Source: Trichoplax sp. H2
Lineage: Eukaryota
DNA: 64,000 nt
Reading direction: 5' to 3'
Assembly: GCA_003344405.1 (NCBI GenBank)
Contig: NOWV01000197.1
Span: 1 to 64,000 of the forward strand
In this document: positions 1 through 14,300 of the stretch, one piece after another
Layout of the letters: each line of letters starts with the position of its first letter
Numbering within the stretch: position 1 is the first letter of the stretch
Translations under genes and position numbers: made by a program
The notes under the pieces: model-generated
The model's input: only the letters and a program-made list of their open reading frames with translations
What the model was told of the DNA's origin: nothing
Database searches by the model: none

Positions 1-30
1 GAGGTAAAGGTTGGAGTATTCCTAAAAGTT
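1..30 (+). CDS. Possible 3' end of a coding exon cut by the window edge (EVKVGVFLKV|gtgagt)
   Basis: Open frame ending at a strong GTGAGT donor (31-36). The peptide end resembles exon 2 of the MS4A-like gene (DGIFLKLM|gt). No downstream exon could be attached. Confidence 0.2.
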
Positions 31-915
31 GTGAGTAATTTCATTTTTAGATGGTTTGGTTGGTTATAATAGTAGTTCTGCCCTTTTGTAATTACTTGAT
101 TTGGTAAGGTTGTGATTAGAAATTATAATAAACAGGCGTTTTCCCCTAAATTAAGCAATGATAGGACTTAAAAGTCGCTAGTTTTGATAATTATAATTGG
201 ACGCCCATTATAACTCTATATTCATGATTTTTGACCGAGCATATTATCAGTAACGTCGTTAGTAATCTTTTTAAAAGCAATCCATAATTACTTTCCTATT
301 GGGTAAGTAACCTTTAATGGTGATATTGATATAAGCGATTTACTAAGCTAAGGTAATAATCATTTGGATAAAATACACTAGAACAGAATAAAATATGATA
401 CCTCAGAAAGCTGAAGCAGCATATATTATAGACATGAAACGGTAGATGTCAAGCAAATAAAGCATACAATAGCGAATTGGATATCAATCTTAAGGATTAC
501 AATAATAGAATAAATTTCAAACATCAATTTCTTATAGTAGTTTAGATTATATAATTATTAGTTTATATTAATAATCACGCTACAGTACTACGATAAAGGG
601 CCTTCTCAAAAACATAACGGTTTTTTATAAACTTCACTTTATTGCATAAGATTAGGTTTATCTTACAACTACCAAGGAGTATCTAACTGCAATCAGACTA
701 TCTCTGGACTATCTAAATTATTATAGATTTTCATAATTTATATAAAATTAGTTACACAATGATTTTCCTTCAAATACAATCATATGTAAATTCACTATCG
801 CGCTATCAATTCATAATTCGCTCTTCTGGTTAAAGCGTCATAATATAAATCTCGCAGTTTTAACATACAGTACTTAGCGCAATCTATTACTTACCTAAGA
901 ATCATAATATAACCA

Positions 916-1476
916 TCTCAATATAAACGAGCAGCGCGGGGATATTTATACTACTATTAGATGACTGTGATTATGGGTTCATTTCAATAGGTCAGTATAA
1001 GATTCTTACCGTACTTTTTACCTCAAGATTTCTTCATGTAAAACGAATAGCTCTAAGGTAGCAATTTCCGCAGAGTACTGATTTTTAAAATAGTATTCGT
1101 TATATCGCTAAGGGTGGCCGCTGGGCCTTTCAATTTTGATTTGATGTAATACTCTGATGAAAATTGAATAAACATAGAATCTTTATAGAGTTTTCTACAC
1201 AGCCATTTTGATTGTTACATTTTCTTATAATGGTTGTTATAGACAGAGCAAGCGATCCTTAGACACATTATAATAATTGAGATAGAATTGACCACAGTAC
1301 TAAGGACATTGTACCGCACTGTCGATAGCTTACAGTACCTGCTAATCTTAACTTGGTATGTCCATCACCGTACATTAGTTATCATAATGCGCTTTGGAGC
1401 ATGAACTAATCTTAATATAGCATTTCATAGCATTTCATCTGTGAATCGTCAGCAAAGCGACGTGAGTTTGTACTAG
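916..1476 (+). mobile_element. Non-autonomous Helitron-like element (561 bp)
   Basis: Starts TC (TCTCAATATAAA) after an A. Ends with GC-rich hairpin CGTCAGCAAAGCGACG (1447-1462), a 10-nt spacer and CTAG (1473-1476), followed by T. No TSD. Segment 929-1258 recurs inverted at 59382-59730. Confidence 0.65.
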
Positions 1477-2329
1477 TTATTACAATACGTAGTGTAAACA
1501 TCTTCACAATCAGGCACTTATGCAATATTATAATATAGAGTACTGTACAATTTATTTATTTTCGTAAGATCCTATTATCTTAGTCTTAAGCTTATTTGGG
1601 GCTCCACTACAGGTACTAATTATGGAAACTATTGAGGCTGATTTCCAAATCTAGACGCTATTCCTTAGTGTGACAGCTATTGGATTCCTTACACAGAAAA
1701 CATATTTGTTTATCCCGTAGATTTCAGGTATTTTTTTGCATTGTTCTTCGTTTATAATGAACACTGTAATTTGTCTTAAATGGCTTGTACTTCTGATTAT
1801 TTTTAGTCTTTATTGAAGATTTGCATATTTTGCCGAAATTTACTAACCCAACAAAGTGAGTTTAGACGACCTGACAGACACTATGCTCTCCTTTCTCTTA
1901 ATAGATATTTTGTAGCTAGATCGTTTCGGTAATTAGATATCATAAGTTAGCAATTGTGTGAGATAAGTATTTCTTGTTATTGCTACAATAAAAGGTATGT
2001 TCTTCTTTGAAGCGCAATTCGAAGTAATTTTAGAATTTTCATGTGTGCAGTGATCAAGGAATGTCAAAATTTAATGGTGTGCTACCATAATTACCTACAG
2101 TAACATATATGTAAAGCTTGGCATATTACATTAGTGCAAACCAGATTTCTTTCAATATTATCGCCCTCAGTCTCTGAATATATAACCATACCAGAGAACT
2201 TCTATATCTGAATGCACACTGCATTCTATTTGCGATTATTAAAATCTTCTGTGAAGCTAATATTGAGTCTGCCATTTAATTACGCAGAAGCCTTTGCGAG
2301 TATATTGTATTAAGAATCATATCTAGTGT

Positions 2330-2556
2330 TAATATAATTTCTCTCTGAAATATCTAAACCATACAGGAATATCCTGAAAAGATGATAATAATTATTGCTA
2401 TTAAATGTGATTTCTCGTTGAAAATATCTACGGATATGTCTTAAAAAGATGAGAATGTATTATTGCTTCTAAATATAATTTCTCTTTGAGAATATCTAAA
2501 AAACATACTGTTATATCTTAAAAGGATTAAAACGATGATAATATTCATTGCTTCTA
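2330..2556. repeat. Degenerate tandem repeat, about 3 copies of 70-80 bp
   Basis: Recurring aaatataatttctct..gaaatatcta...aaaagatga...attattgct motifs. Confidence 0.6.
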
Positions 2557-4869
2557 TTGATGGTAAAAGTACAGAAGTAGACTTTTAATTAATTAAGAAT
2601 TAATTCCTCAAATACTTATTTCTTATTAGAGTCTCACATTAGCTGAATAAATCATCACATTATTGACTTAAGTATAACTTAAAGGCCTAGATGAAAATCT
2701 AGAGCCAAACAGATGCAACTGATTGATTCAAAAATGTTAAACCTCTTCAATAATTAGATTCATTCACAGATTAACGCACAGTGAATTAGCATGAAAACAT
2801 GATGCTATGCATGATGATAGCATTCATTAGCTCTATTATGAGATCTTTTTAGAGTAGGCAATCGATTAATGACAATTTTATTAAGTTTGCATGAATTTAT
2901 ACAACTTACATTATTTTACAATCTATGTGAAACTTATTTAATCATTGACCAACTACAAATAAAAAAATCGGGTTCAGAGAATTAATATCTGCTTTCTTGA
3001 AATTCAATAATATTTTTTATACTCTTGTTCCATGGATATTGTTACGTGACTTGCATATTTATTAACCTGCACGAGAATTAATGTCATAGAGGCTTAATCT
3101 TAACAATTGTTAAAATTAACTTATTCTATCAATTAGGTTTGGTTTTTACTTTATATTTTATCTTATTCTATTCCAAAATTAAGGCAGTAATTGGTGCTAT
3201 TAATTCAAATTCCAATCTAAATATTATTATTATGTAATTGTTGGGAGATTAAATTAAAATAAGGATTATTAATTTTTGTTTCTTTGTAATCTATAGAAAT
3301 TTATAACTTCACTAAGATTGATTGATTCCATTTAACTTGTATGTAAATGATTGAATTGTGAATGAGTTGAATGACAGTTTTGATTAGCAACTGCTATAAT
3401 AATAGAAGAAATATAGTCAATGTCATATTAAAATAATTTTAATTGGACGTGGTTAATAATAACTCTCTATGTTGGCTTTAAAATTAAAATGCTTACTTCA
3501 AAATTTTCAATTTAAAGTTTAAACTTTTCCATTATATCAAACCGGAATTATATCGCAGGCAACAAACAGAACATTTGATTCCATAGTAGGACTGATATTC
3601 ATTAAAATAAAATTAATTTATGAGATATGATAGTTACTAATGGATAATAGCAATTTAAATTGGAAAAAATATCATGCTCACTTCTAAATAGATGAATTTG
3701 ATATATGTATAAGCGTATGATCATAGAGGGTTAATCGTCAGTTAAATTATTCAACATAGCCCGGTAACATCAATCTGACTGATAGCTAGTCTACAGTGGT
3801 TTTGTGCCTAAATAACCGTAATTTAAACTATTTTCGATTTGGATATTCCAAACTTTAGCGTTATGGCTATCCAAATTTGCACTCGTATAAACTATTTAGT
3901 GTATGATAGATCCACATTACGATAGTGCAATGACAAAATTTGGAACGCCAAAGTTGTCCGAAATGGGGAGTGATATAGAAACGTCTTTAATCACCAAGGT
4001 TGCTCAAATTCATTTCAAAATTTCGTAGCTAATGTAGGCGTTTTTTAGCACTGATAAAATGTTTATTTGAAAAAAACCATTTAGTTAACAGTAAATATAT
4101 TAATCAAAAATATTTCATGTTTAAATTTAAATTTAATTTAAATACATTACGATATGCTAGCATAAAATTGTCGTGCCACTTTTGCTGAAGTAATCCACTC
4201 AATTCATTACCATAGCTTAGCTTTTATTTTTAATAGAGTGGTTACTAAGATGGAATAGGGCAGAGAAATGCCTAAAAAAATGCTTTCTGCTATACCGTTG
4301 ATTTAAGAAATTTATCCTTTTTACATTTTAATCCTATCAAAATATTGTATTCTTGACGTATTTCTTTACCAAGCATCATCATGGTAATTCTTTTACCTTA
4401 AAAATATTGTAAATGCTTGTAATTAACAGTTCATGCATAAATTGGCAACATAACAGGCAGAAACTGCATAAGCATTAAAAGAATAGTCTAATATAGCATA
4501 AGCATAGTTTTAATATAATGATGTAGGAATAGGATTTTAATTTACTATAATTTTTGTAATACATTTCTAAACCAATCATTTTGTGTTAGTTTTCAAGGGA
4601 AGTGTCAAAATGTCATTCTTTTCAACGTCTTTATGAAAATATCGATTTAATTGGTTAGCTAGTTTTATTCAAAAACAATAAAAATTAATTACTGTTCTCA
4701 AAATATTTTCTAGCTTCCTGTTTAGCATTTGTATTTAATTAAGGAGGATAATATTTCTTTTCTAAACCTTGAAAACACCACAACGGTGAAAGCCTTTCGA
4801 CAAGTAGCATTTTGGATAGTCCATGGTGTATGCGTTGTACGTTTTATTTTAAGCTAGCCTAAATCTAAT

Positions 4870-5495
4870 ATTTCGTCAACTAGGTAAGTGGATGATCAAA
4901 TTCTTTTATCGAAATTTATACGCTGTAATATCAATCATGTAATGTTTCATTTTTTTTAATATTTTCGGCTATTTCATAAGGATCGGTGATCACTAAAAAT
5001 GACTAGTCAATCTTGTAGTTTATTCCATCCGACATCGAATATTTATTTAACAAATAATGAAAGAATTGACTTTACTCCAAGTTATATTTAGTACTAGTAA
5101 CTTAGCGTAGCTAAAATCAATTGAATTATTTTAATGTATAAACCACGATAGTTGAAGTTTGTGCCTGGTACACATGTCCATATATTAAATTTTATGTCTT
5201 TTAAATTTAATTTTCGCCAACTAGGTGAGTAAATGATCAATTTCTATTACCAAGTTTACATAATATGAATCTAAGTAATGATTTATGTCTTAAATATTTA
5301 CGGATATTTTGTAAGGACTGGTGATAACTAATAACTACAGTACTGTAAGCAGTGTTCTAGTTTATTCTATCAGACATCAAATATCAACTGAATAAATAAT
5401 AGATATTGTTGACTATTTCTCCAAATTAGATTTAGAACCTATGAACTTAACGTAGTTAAAATAAATTAAACTACTTCAATACACAGATCATTATA
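4870..5495. repeat. Degenerate tandem duplication, period about 340 bp
   Basis: ttcgtcaactaggtaagtggatgatcaa (4872) vs ttcgccaactaggtgagtaaatgatcaa (5213), colinear for about 280 bp. Confidence 0.7.
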
Positions 5496-6539
5496 ATTAA
5501 AATTTTCGGAAATGGAGACTCAAATTATGAAACGTAAGTTAATATCTGCAGCGTTACTAAAGTACTTTGAAAACAATGAGAAATAATAAATAAAACATCG
5601 GTTCTTACGACCCAACTTTTATCATAGATGATAAGAAGTAATAACCAAATCCTTGAGCAGTAATAAAATTAATCTTCAACTCAGATTCAAATACGCTTGG
5701 TCTACTTTCTACTCTAGTCAACAGTATTTTAAAAAATCGACTTTAACAATAATATAGAATTCCAAAAGACTACAATGACTTTATGTTAAAATTAAAAACT
5801 AAAAAATTAAAACACATTATTCCATAACAGCGTGATCGCTTTTACTCTGATAGTTCATTCTAAATTACTTAAGCCTGACTTTTTCTAAGTGAAATAGAAT
5901 TTAATATCCATTTCTTTGTCTTTGCGTTTTACGCTAATACGTAGTACAAAGTTTCTTCCAATATATTTTTATACTTACATTTGTAATGGAGAAATTGACA
6001 GGTATAATGTAAGTCTTACCTCTATAGTTTTATTACTTACCTAGCAAGAATTGAATTCTATACTACCTAGGATAGCATAAAAGTCGACTTGACTTAATTG
6101 ATGATAATTATGCTACATGTGCATCGACAGGAGACTTAAATTTATAAAATTTATTTTGATCCATGTAGCCAAATAGTCATGTAGCGTAATTTAGTATTCA
6201 AATTAGAAAACTTCCAATAAAGTAGACAGTTTATGTTGCTTTAGCTAAATAATTAATTTAAAAAGTAGAAATGTATTATTCAATCCTTAATTAATTTGAC
6301 GTCATAAAATGTAGCACAAATAAACTTCATAATTATCCCTAATTAATTACAGATTTTTTGTTTTAAATCAAAATTCAAATACGGGTGTTATATATGGCTT
6401 ATAACATTTAAATTAAAATTAAAATTAAAGAAGTTAAAATAATTTATTCAATTACGTCAAAAACTGCTAATTTCAGCAAATCCAGGACTAACAGAAAATT
6501 TCCAGTTTCGAAATTAACTCATTTAAAGTTAAACTCAAG

Positions 6540-8767
6540 ATGGATTCAACTAAAAAGCTTCGTGATGAAATTACCAACTCTGTACACCAGGACAGGTTAA
6601 TTACTTTAATGCGCCAATTAACTTATGAATGCAAAGCGATCGTCATCATGGCTACCCTTCTAGTAGGCGTAGGAATTGCTAGATTATCAGTACCAAACTT
6701 TGCTTATTACACTCTTGGAGTAGGATTATTTGGCCACTGTTATTGGGTTGGAGGATTGGTAAGTAATACTATCTTCAATAAATATTGGATTAACATTCTA
6801 AGCTGTTATCCTATTTGCTAGTAAGCTATATTATGCATCAAAGTAATGGCTTAGACATTTGTCCATGATTACTACTAATCCAAGTATAAGATTTGATCTT
6901 CATTTACTAATTACATAGGAGGTTTTAGCGAGATCCTTAGTTAACATCAGGCTCTATTTACTCAAATTGCTATCAGCAGCCATAAATATATGATGGATAC
7001 ACGTAGTACAGCAACTTACTCTAAGACATCCTTAAGAAATCAGGCTGCTACTCTAAACACTTTGATATAATGCGTTCTCCGCTTATTCCGGACAAGCAAA
7101 CATGTTTTGATAACTTATTTTAGTTAATTGAAAGCATTTTCACAATAACTGCAGTAGCTTATTCCCATCATCAGTACAGAGAAACTCATAAATACCATTT
7201 TGAATCAAAGGGATATTTTATTTTAACGTTAAAAATACTTTCACCTCAATTATTAGAATCACGATAGCTTACGTACATGTTCTCTGGCTATCACATTTAT
7301 TAGTGCAACAGCTAATCCAAGTATATATGATTCGATCTTCATTTACTAAATATATATGTATAGTAATATATATAAATTATATAAGAAGTTGGACAAAATT
7401 CTTAGTTCATGCTTATGAAAATTGTGCTCTTCTGCCAATCTTTCTGAATCAAAACCGGTGATTTTATTTGTTCTTTCCCAATGTAAAACATCTATGAATA
7501 TTGGAACTGTGGTGATTTGATATTCATATCATTATAATAGCTATTAACTCTTATATGCGTAATTTATACTTAAATAGTTGCAGTAATTTCTATTTTCTAC
7601 AGTGTATGCTATGTTCGTGTAGAATAATTAGAAATTACGATTGAAATAGATTGCCAAGACAACCCAGCTTTACCTTCTCTTGTCATGCTACGTTTAGATT
7701 ATTATTACCGGAATAGTTGGTGTTATGGTTCACAAAGATGGAATTTTTCTTAAGTTAATGGTAGGTTTTGATTTTAATTAATTAATAATGCGTCTAATCT
7801 AGATCATTTCGTAAACGAAGATTATCAGTCATCTTCAGAACTATTTTTTAAAGAATACTAATACATTTCTGCGACAGTCTAATTTTCAGAACTGCTATTA
7901 GTGATCTTATACATTTATTTCATATAAATGGAGGACGTTCTTTCATCAAAATTTGCTATTTTTAATTTTATTTTATTCCTTGTAACAAACCAAAAACAAA
8001 TTCTTCAGCAATCATTTGCCACCTAATTAAAATTTTAATGCTGAATTTTCGTAAACAGTCAATTTTTTTTCATTTTAATTGAGCAATATAGCATTTTAAG
8101 AAGCACACTTTATTTTTTCACCGTTTTCAATTTAGAAATAAGTCCTACGGGATATATACCTTACGTCACTAATAAAGCTAATCATGCTCTTAAAATCCGC
8201 TAGATTTGCTTTGATATAAGCGTTAATGAAATATTCAAAACTCTAAATATTACCAAATCAATTTCTATGAGTTGATATCCTACAACTACTGCACTATGCA
8301 TTATACTATTCGCTAATCAGGATCTTAAATTGAATTTAATAAAGGCTCAAATCCATTTAGGATTTGCAATTGCAAGCACCGTGGCAGTAGTAGCAGGATT
8401 TGGAATTGTCGTCTATAATCTAAGTCGTCTACCGTCGCTACCAGAGAGAATTAATATCGTCTATAACTTGAATAACTGGTCAAAAACTTATGGCATGGTA
8501 GCCAGCAACGCCATCGCTGATATTATTATTTTGATGGAATATATTATCTTTTTTTGCATATGCTTGCATTGCATTATAACTTATAGAACTCTTCCTCAGC
8601 AGAGCACAGTTGATGAAAGGACCAGCGATATGGTTAGCTTTGTGGCTTAATTATGAATTTCTGTAGATATATTAAACTTTCCTTACAGTATGATCGTATA
8701 TGTATGTTGATTTCGTTTATTTTAGGTAAAAATAATTGGCGCTGAAGTTCCTTTAAAAGACATATAA
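6540..8767 (+). CDS. Four-transmembrane MS4A/CD20-like (tetraspan) membrane protein, about 200 aa
   Basis: Phase-0 exons 6540-6758, 7698-7760, 8345-8632 (alternative acceptor 8321) and 8726-8767 with GT-AG sites. The spliced protein has four hydrophobic segments and YWVGGLIIITGIVGV, like the MS4A TM2 pattern (W-G---I-sG-l-i). It could instead end at the stop at 8650. Confidence 0.7.
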
Positions 8768-11385
8768 ACAAAAAGCTGTGGGGCAAATTACCAAATCATT
8801 TAATAGCAGCTTTTTAGATAATTAAATTAAGACTAAAGACAATAAAACGTACAAGTAAACAAGTATCACGACATACAGCTATTTAAAGAATAGTTATGAG
8901 GTATATCATCCACTGAAATAGTTCAGATTCGCCTAAATTTTCTGTGTAAGTTTAAAGAACGGCTAATAGTGTGATATTATGTTTTGCTTATGACCATTGC
9001 CTATACTAACTTAAGTATCGTAGTTTAAAGATGATTGGCTAATTGGTGTGTGCTTGAACATCGTAATATCCATAATTGGTTATTATTATTAGTCACAGTT
9101 GCATTTTCACGTTTATTGCATATTAATCTATACCATCATGAAATAACGAAGTGAACTTCTTAAATTAAATTATGACAAGCTAGTCTTCCCAAATTACTTA
9201 ATTGTACTGTATAAGCCTCATAGTAGCGCTTATACATTCGTATTAAATCCCAACTTTACATCACATTCGGTTATAATTATAAAAGCATATAAGTAATTAT
9301 AGTAATACTCCATATTTACGGCAATAAAATGAACGATAACTTCATAACTTATTAGGCTTTTAAATTAATTGAAATGCTTAACTAGATTGGATATGTAGAT
9401 TCTACGGTATTAGCATTCATTTAGATGCCAGTTTGCTAACAATTACTAAGTATCATAAATTCTGACACGAATGGCAATGTTTTATGTCACACTAACCAGT
9501 CTTACTTTATTGCTTATATTAATATCATATTGAGCAGAATTAGGCCATCATTGTATGCTTTCTTTGGATATTGATCGATAAAACAGATCAGTGTTTAGGT
9601 ATAATTCATACTAGTCCGTAACTTCTAAGTAAATAAAATACATGATCACGATCTAGCAATATCATGTAAGTGTTAACGTATTGAACGTAAACTGTCGTAC
9701 TCTATGAATAAAAATTATTGGAAACATCTAGAGAAGACTATCCAACTATTCTTTATGCTCTGACTATGCTACAGAAGCAATATATTTGAACTTAAATTAA
9801 GGCGTCAAATCGTAGCCTCAGGATTAGATGATGTATAGAAAATAAGCGTGAAAAAGTAATGGAAAATTGTTTTCGCAGGAAGAGATTAATGAAATATAAG
9901 TGATCTAATGAAGAATATTTAAAGTATTTGTTGATAAAATGAAGTACTGTATCAGAATTGTTTTCTACTAGTACATGGCTACGGTATGTTAGATACTACC
10001 AGAGACCGAAGACTAAAAATACTGTGCTCTACTATACATATATTATCATCAACTTGATACCAGTAGCATATGTAATATATAAATTTAGCGTGGCCAGCAA
10101 TGTCCTAAGGGGTCTTCTTGCTCTACCACAGAAAAATAGGAGTAAAGAGTACAGAGTCCAATTGTAGGTGTCAATCAATTACTTTTCTACAGTGAATAAC
10201 ATCCAGGTTGGCTAATTTTATTCGCCTGACCAAATACCACCGACACTGCAGTATTGCCTTCTATATTTTTCATTATAAATTTTCTTGGTCTAATAATTTA
10301 GCAAAGCATTCTTTGATTGAAAAGCGTGCTAAGTCTTGATGGCATTAATTACTGGTAACATTAAATTTAATTTCAATAGCAGATTTAGTAAAAAACCGAT
10401 ACAAACGTAGTAATATTGCAGTTTCATACAATAAAGATGTCATTTAAAACGGACCTTGGCAGAATATTTGAGTAATATTATCCATAAAGAATGAGGCTAT
10501 TAGGCCTCAATAAGTATATATTTTATTCCAACAAGAATTTCAAGAAGAGTTTCTTTTACAGCTTCTTGACAGATAGCTTATGAAAGATATATTATTACCG
10601 CTAGATATTCATCATATCCGTTTGTAACGAGTTCAATATAGAATAGTTCTGGTAGATACATCTGATTTTTAGCTGTCTTATAGGATTCTTTTAAAATATT
10701 ATTAAAAATACATGAAATATTTTAAGTTGATTTATCCTAACGTATATTATAATCCTAGATTGATGGTCACAATAGGTCTCCCACTGGACTTAAGTTCGAT
10801 TTGTAAACTCGATATGGCATTCCAGCCTAATTATTGAAGATACTTTAGATACACATTCAATACTGTTCTTGACCCCTTAATGTTGCACGAAAATCATGCT
10901 CAATCTAACTTATAAGTTATATTGACATTATTAATACAAATAAAATAATTTCACGTTCTATCTAGTCTTTGGACTTCATACAAATAGCACAATATGAATA
11001 TGTTATTCTAAAAGGTAAAAATTAGCATCTCGCCTACAGCAAGAAGTGACAGCTAAGACTTTGATTGGATTAAAACACTTGGTAACTATTTATTTATTAT
11101 AAATTAAATTAGATCTTCATCTTGTGGAATGCTAAAAGATCATGTGATCAGGGTCTAGACCAGGATGAACATGCAGTAGTACTTTATTCACTCAATTTTA
11201 ACCGTAAATGACCAGAATTGGGGTATTCTCGAGTCCGAAAACTAGGAGCAAAACTACAACTGCAAAGTACAGTACTTAGTGAGCTTATTAAGAGAATCAG
11301 TAAGCTGAAAAATTTCAAGTCTATTTCAACATTAGGTATTAGTCCATATTATCATTGCCATCTTCAGTAAGATAGATGAGATAAA

Positions 11386-14300
11386 ATGGACAAAATATCA
11401 TGGCTAAGCTTGATAATTACCCTCTTTATTAGTTGTAATGTAGTTCTTTCTATACCCTTGTCCCAATTTTTTCCGTATGGATCCTCTGCTAATAGTCTTG
11501 ATCGAACTGTTCCACGCAGCGACTATCAAAAAATCCTTTATACATCTACAGTTGACTATTTTTTCTATAACAAGCATTATAAAACGATTCAGGTAAGTCA
11601 TATACAGAATATAAATTTCTAAAAGCATATCATCTAATTAAAATTACCTACTAATTATTAATATTAACAATGATTTTGAAGTTAAAGCGTGAATAAATAT
11701 GGCTTAAAGTTTTCTATCTTTCTTTCATACTAACCCTGCCTTAAAGTAGTGCTAAATCTTGCGGAGCTACTCTTCTATTGATGCAGACGCATACAGATTA
11801 TAGATTTTATCGGCTAATTAAATATAGCAGGGACTATTTAAATTTTTAGTCTATCCCAAACTAAAAATTTGTATTATTGATTAACATTAACAATGATCTT
11901 AAAATTGAAGCGTGAACAAGCATGGACTAGAGTTTTCCATCTTTCATACTAACTCTTGCATTAAAATAGCGCTAATTACTCTTTTATTGATGCATATGCA
12001 TATGGATCAATAGATTTTTTATCTAATTAAACGTAGCATTGGCTATTCCAATATTTAGTCTATCCCAAAATTGAAAATTAGTATTATCCATTAACTTATA
12101 TTAGCGACGATCTTAAAGTTACTGTGTGAGTAAATGAGGATCAGAGTTTATCAACTTTCATAATAACTCCTGCATTAAATTAGTACTAGATCTTGTGAAA
12201 CCATTTTTCTATTGATGTTGATGCATATGTATTACTAGATTTTATCAGCTAATTAATCGTTGGTGGGACTATTCTAATCTTTACTTTATTCTAAAATTGG
12301 AAATTAATCATTTTAGCATTACTATTACTATGTGTAACAAATGAGAATAAAAGATATTATAAATAAGTTAGATAACTGATATCGATATTAATTACATTGC
12401 AGTTAATAAAATACGCTCATTGTAATTTTTTACATATAAATTCTTTGCTAAGTTCCCTAACAGTGTTCCTCCTCGCGGTAATTACTTAAACGCTACCGTT
12501 AATTTCTCGTAGATTACGTTTTGTATGACAAGCGATCCTAAACCATTATTAAGCCATCTAAAGAAAATGGATTTCTTCTTTTAGATCACCTACGAAAATT
12601 AGTAATACTAATTCGATATCGCCATTCATCGCTAATATGTTGATAAGAGAATAAAGTATAGGCTGTATTGAAAAGAATGTTTGTCGTTTATACTAATATT
12701 GTTCAAAGTTTCTGTTCAATTTCAAGTAATTGTTCGTAAATGAAATAGCAGTTTCTGCTTTGTTTCAGTAATCTAATTACCACATACTTTACCCTTAGCA
12801 TGTAAATAAGTGTCTATACGTAAGATCATCGTCAATTTAAAATGTGGTCGAGTAAATAGATCACATCATGTTCCCTGTAAGGCAGTTGTTCGTAGATATA
12901 GTCGAAATTCCTAAATTAAAAGATTTTCATACAGTACCGTGATCAAATTTTATGCATTTTCTTAGGTCATATGTAAATATCTTGATTAGCATCACAACTA
13001 TTGCTCTGATATTAACTGCTAAGCTTATACCTACGCACATAAGTTTAACGATTCCTCAGCATAATATAATCAAGTGTTAAATATTTTTTTAAAACTTCGC
13101 CGTGTGTAGAATTAGGACCGTAATACAGTAATAGTCTTATATTAACTGAAACATTTAGGTAATAAAATTGATAAAAGTTGTAACATAGATACTTCTAGTA
13201 TCGATAAATTTCAAACCAATTGCTGCGTTATCGATGCTATTCTAACTATTTCGAATAATACATCTTTGTTTATGGAATATATTCGCTGTGATTAACAACT
13301 AGAATTTTTCCTATTCATTCATTGCCCTATTTTGATGTCGAGTAATAAATTATTTTAGGTCCATACTAATGGCATAATTACATTGGGAACGGGTGCAACA
13401 TCCATGATAGCCATTAACTTCAATTTAGATTCTATTCGGATACCCATAATTTGTCCCTTTGCCGATCACATCGATACAAGAGGAACTGGTGTCATTTATT
13501 ACCGCGAAGATTCAACAGAGCAGTTGTTAAGTCAAGTATCTACAAATATCCAAAAATCATTTACAGGAGCGTCTACATTTGTAGCCCAAAGAGCATTTAT
13601 CACAACTTGGGAGAATGTCGGATTTTATAATTCGAGCAGTACACCAGTAAGTGCTTACAAACTGCATAAAATAAGACTTGAAATAAGATGCTACCGTAAA
13701 TATCGATTTAAAAGTTACTAACTTAACCTAATAAGCATGTCTTTATCTTGTTATATTCTTACTAGCCTGATTATTACAATATTGAATTAATGAGGCATTT
13801 CCATCATTTCTATTTCATGACATAATCTACGTTCAGTTTTCCTTATCCACTCTTAAAATTTTATTGTTGCATGCCATACTTAGCTACATATTTATTATTC
13901 TCGAGACTTATTCACCATTTCTATTTCATGACATAATTTACGTTTAGTTTTCCTTATCTACTCTTAAAAAATTTGTTGTTATGTGCCGCACTTTGCTCAG
14001 CATGGAAATATATTAAACATCGAATTACATCTCTTATTACTCTTAGCTATATACAATCAATAGATCTATTTGCTCATTTGTATCTAATTAAATGAATTTA
14101 TGATCATAAATAGTATTAATAGTAAAACTGTTTTATTTTTGTACAATTTAAATTTTGATGTCATGATCTCAGAGATAGACTATACACAAAAGTTATAAGT
14201 AGGGACTCCTAAGAAGTCTTTGGTTTAAGTATTCTAAGCATAAACTATTTTTGAAATTTCAGAATAAATCCAATCTTATTATAATTAATGATTAGTAAAG

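Noticed and set aside
1153..1185. CTGATGA core suggestive of a hammerhead ribozyme inside the repeat
   Set aside because: No stem II followed by GAAA, and no closing helices.
9958..10167. 69-aa ORF with a hydrophobic stretch
   Set aside because: TTG start, no splice partners or recognisable motif; typical of AT-rich intergenic noise.
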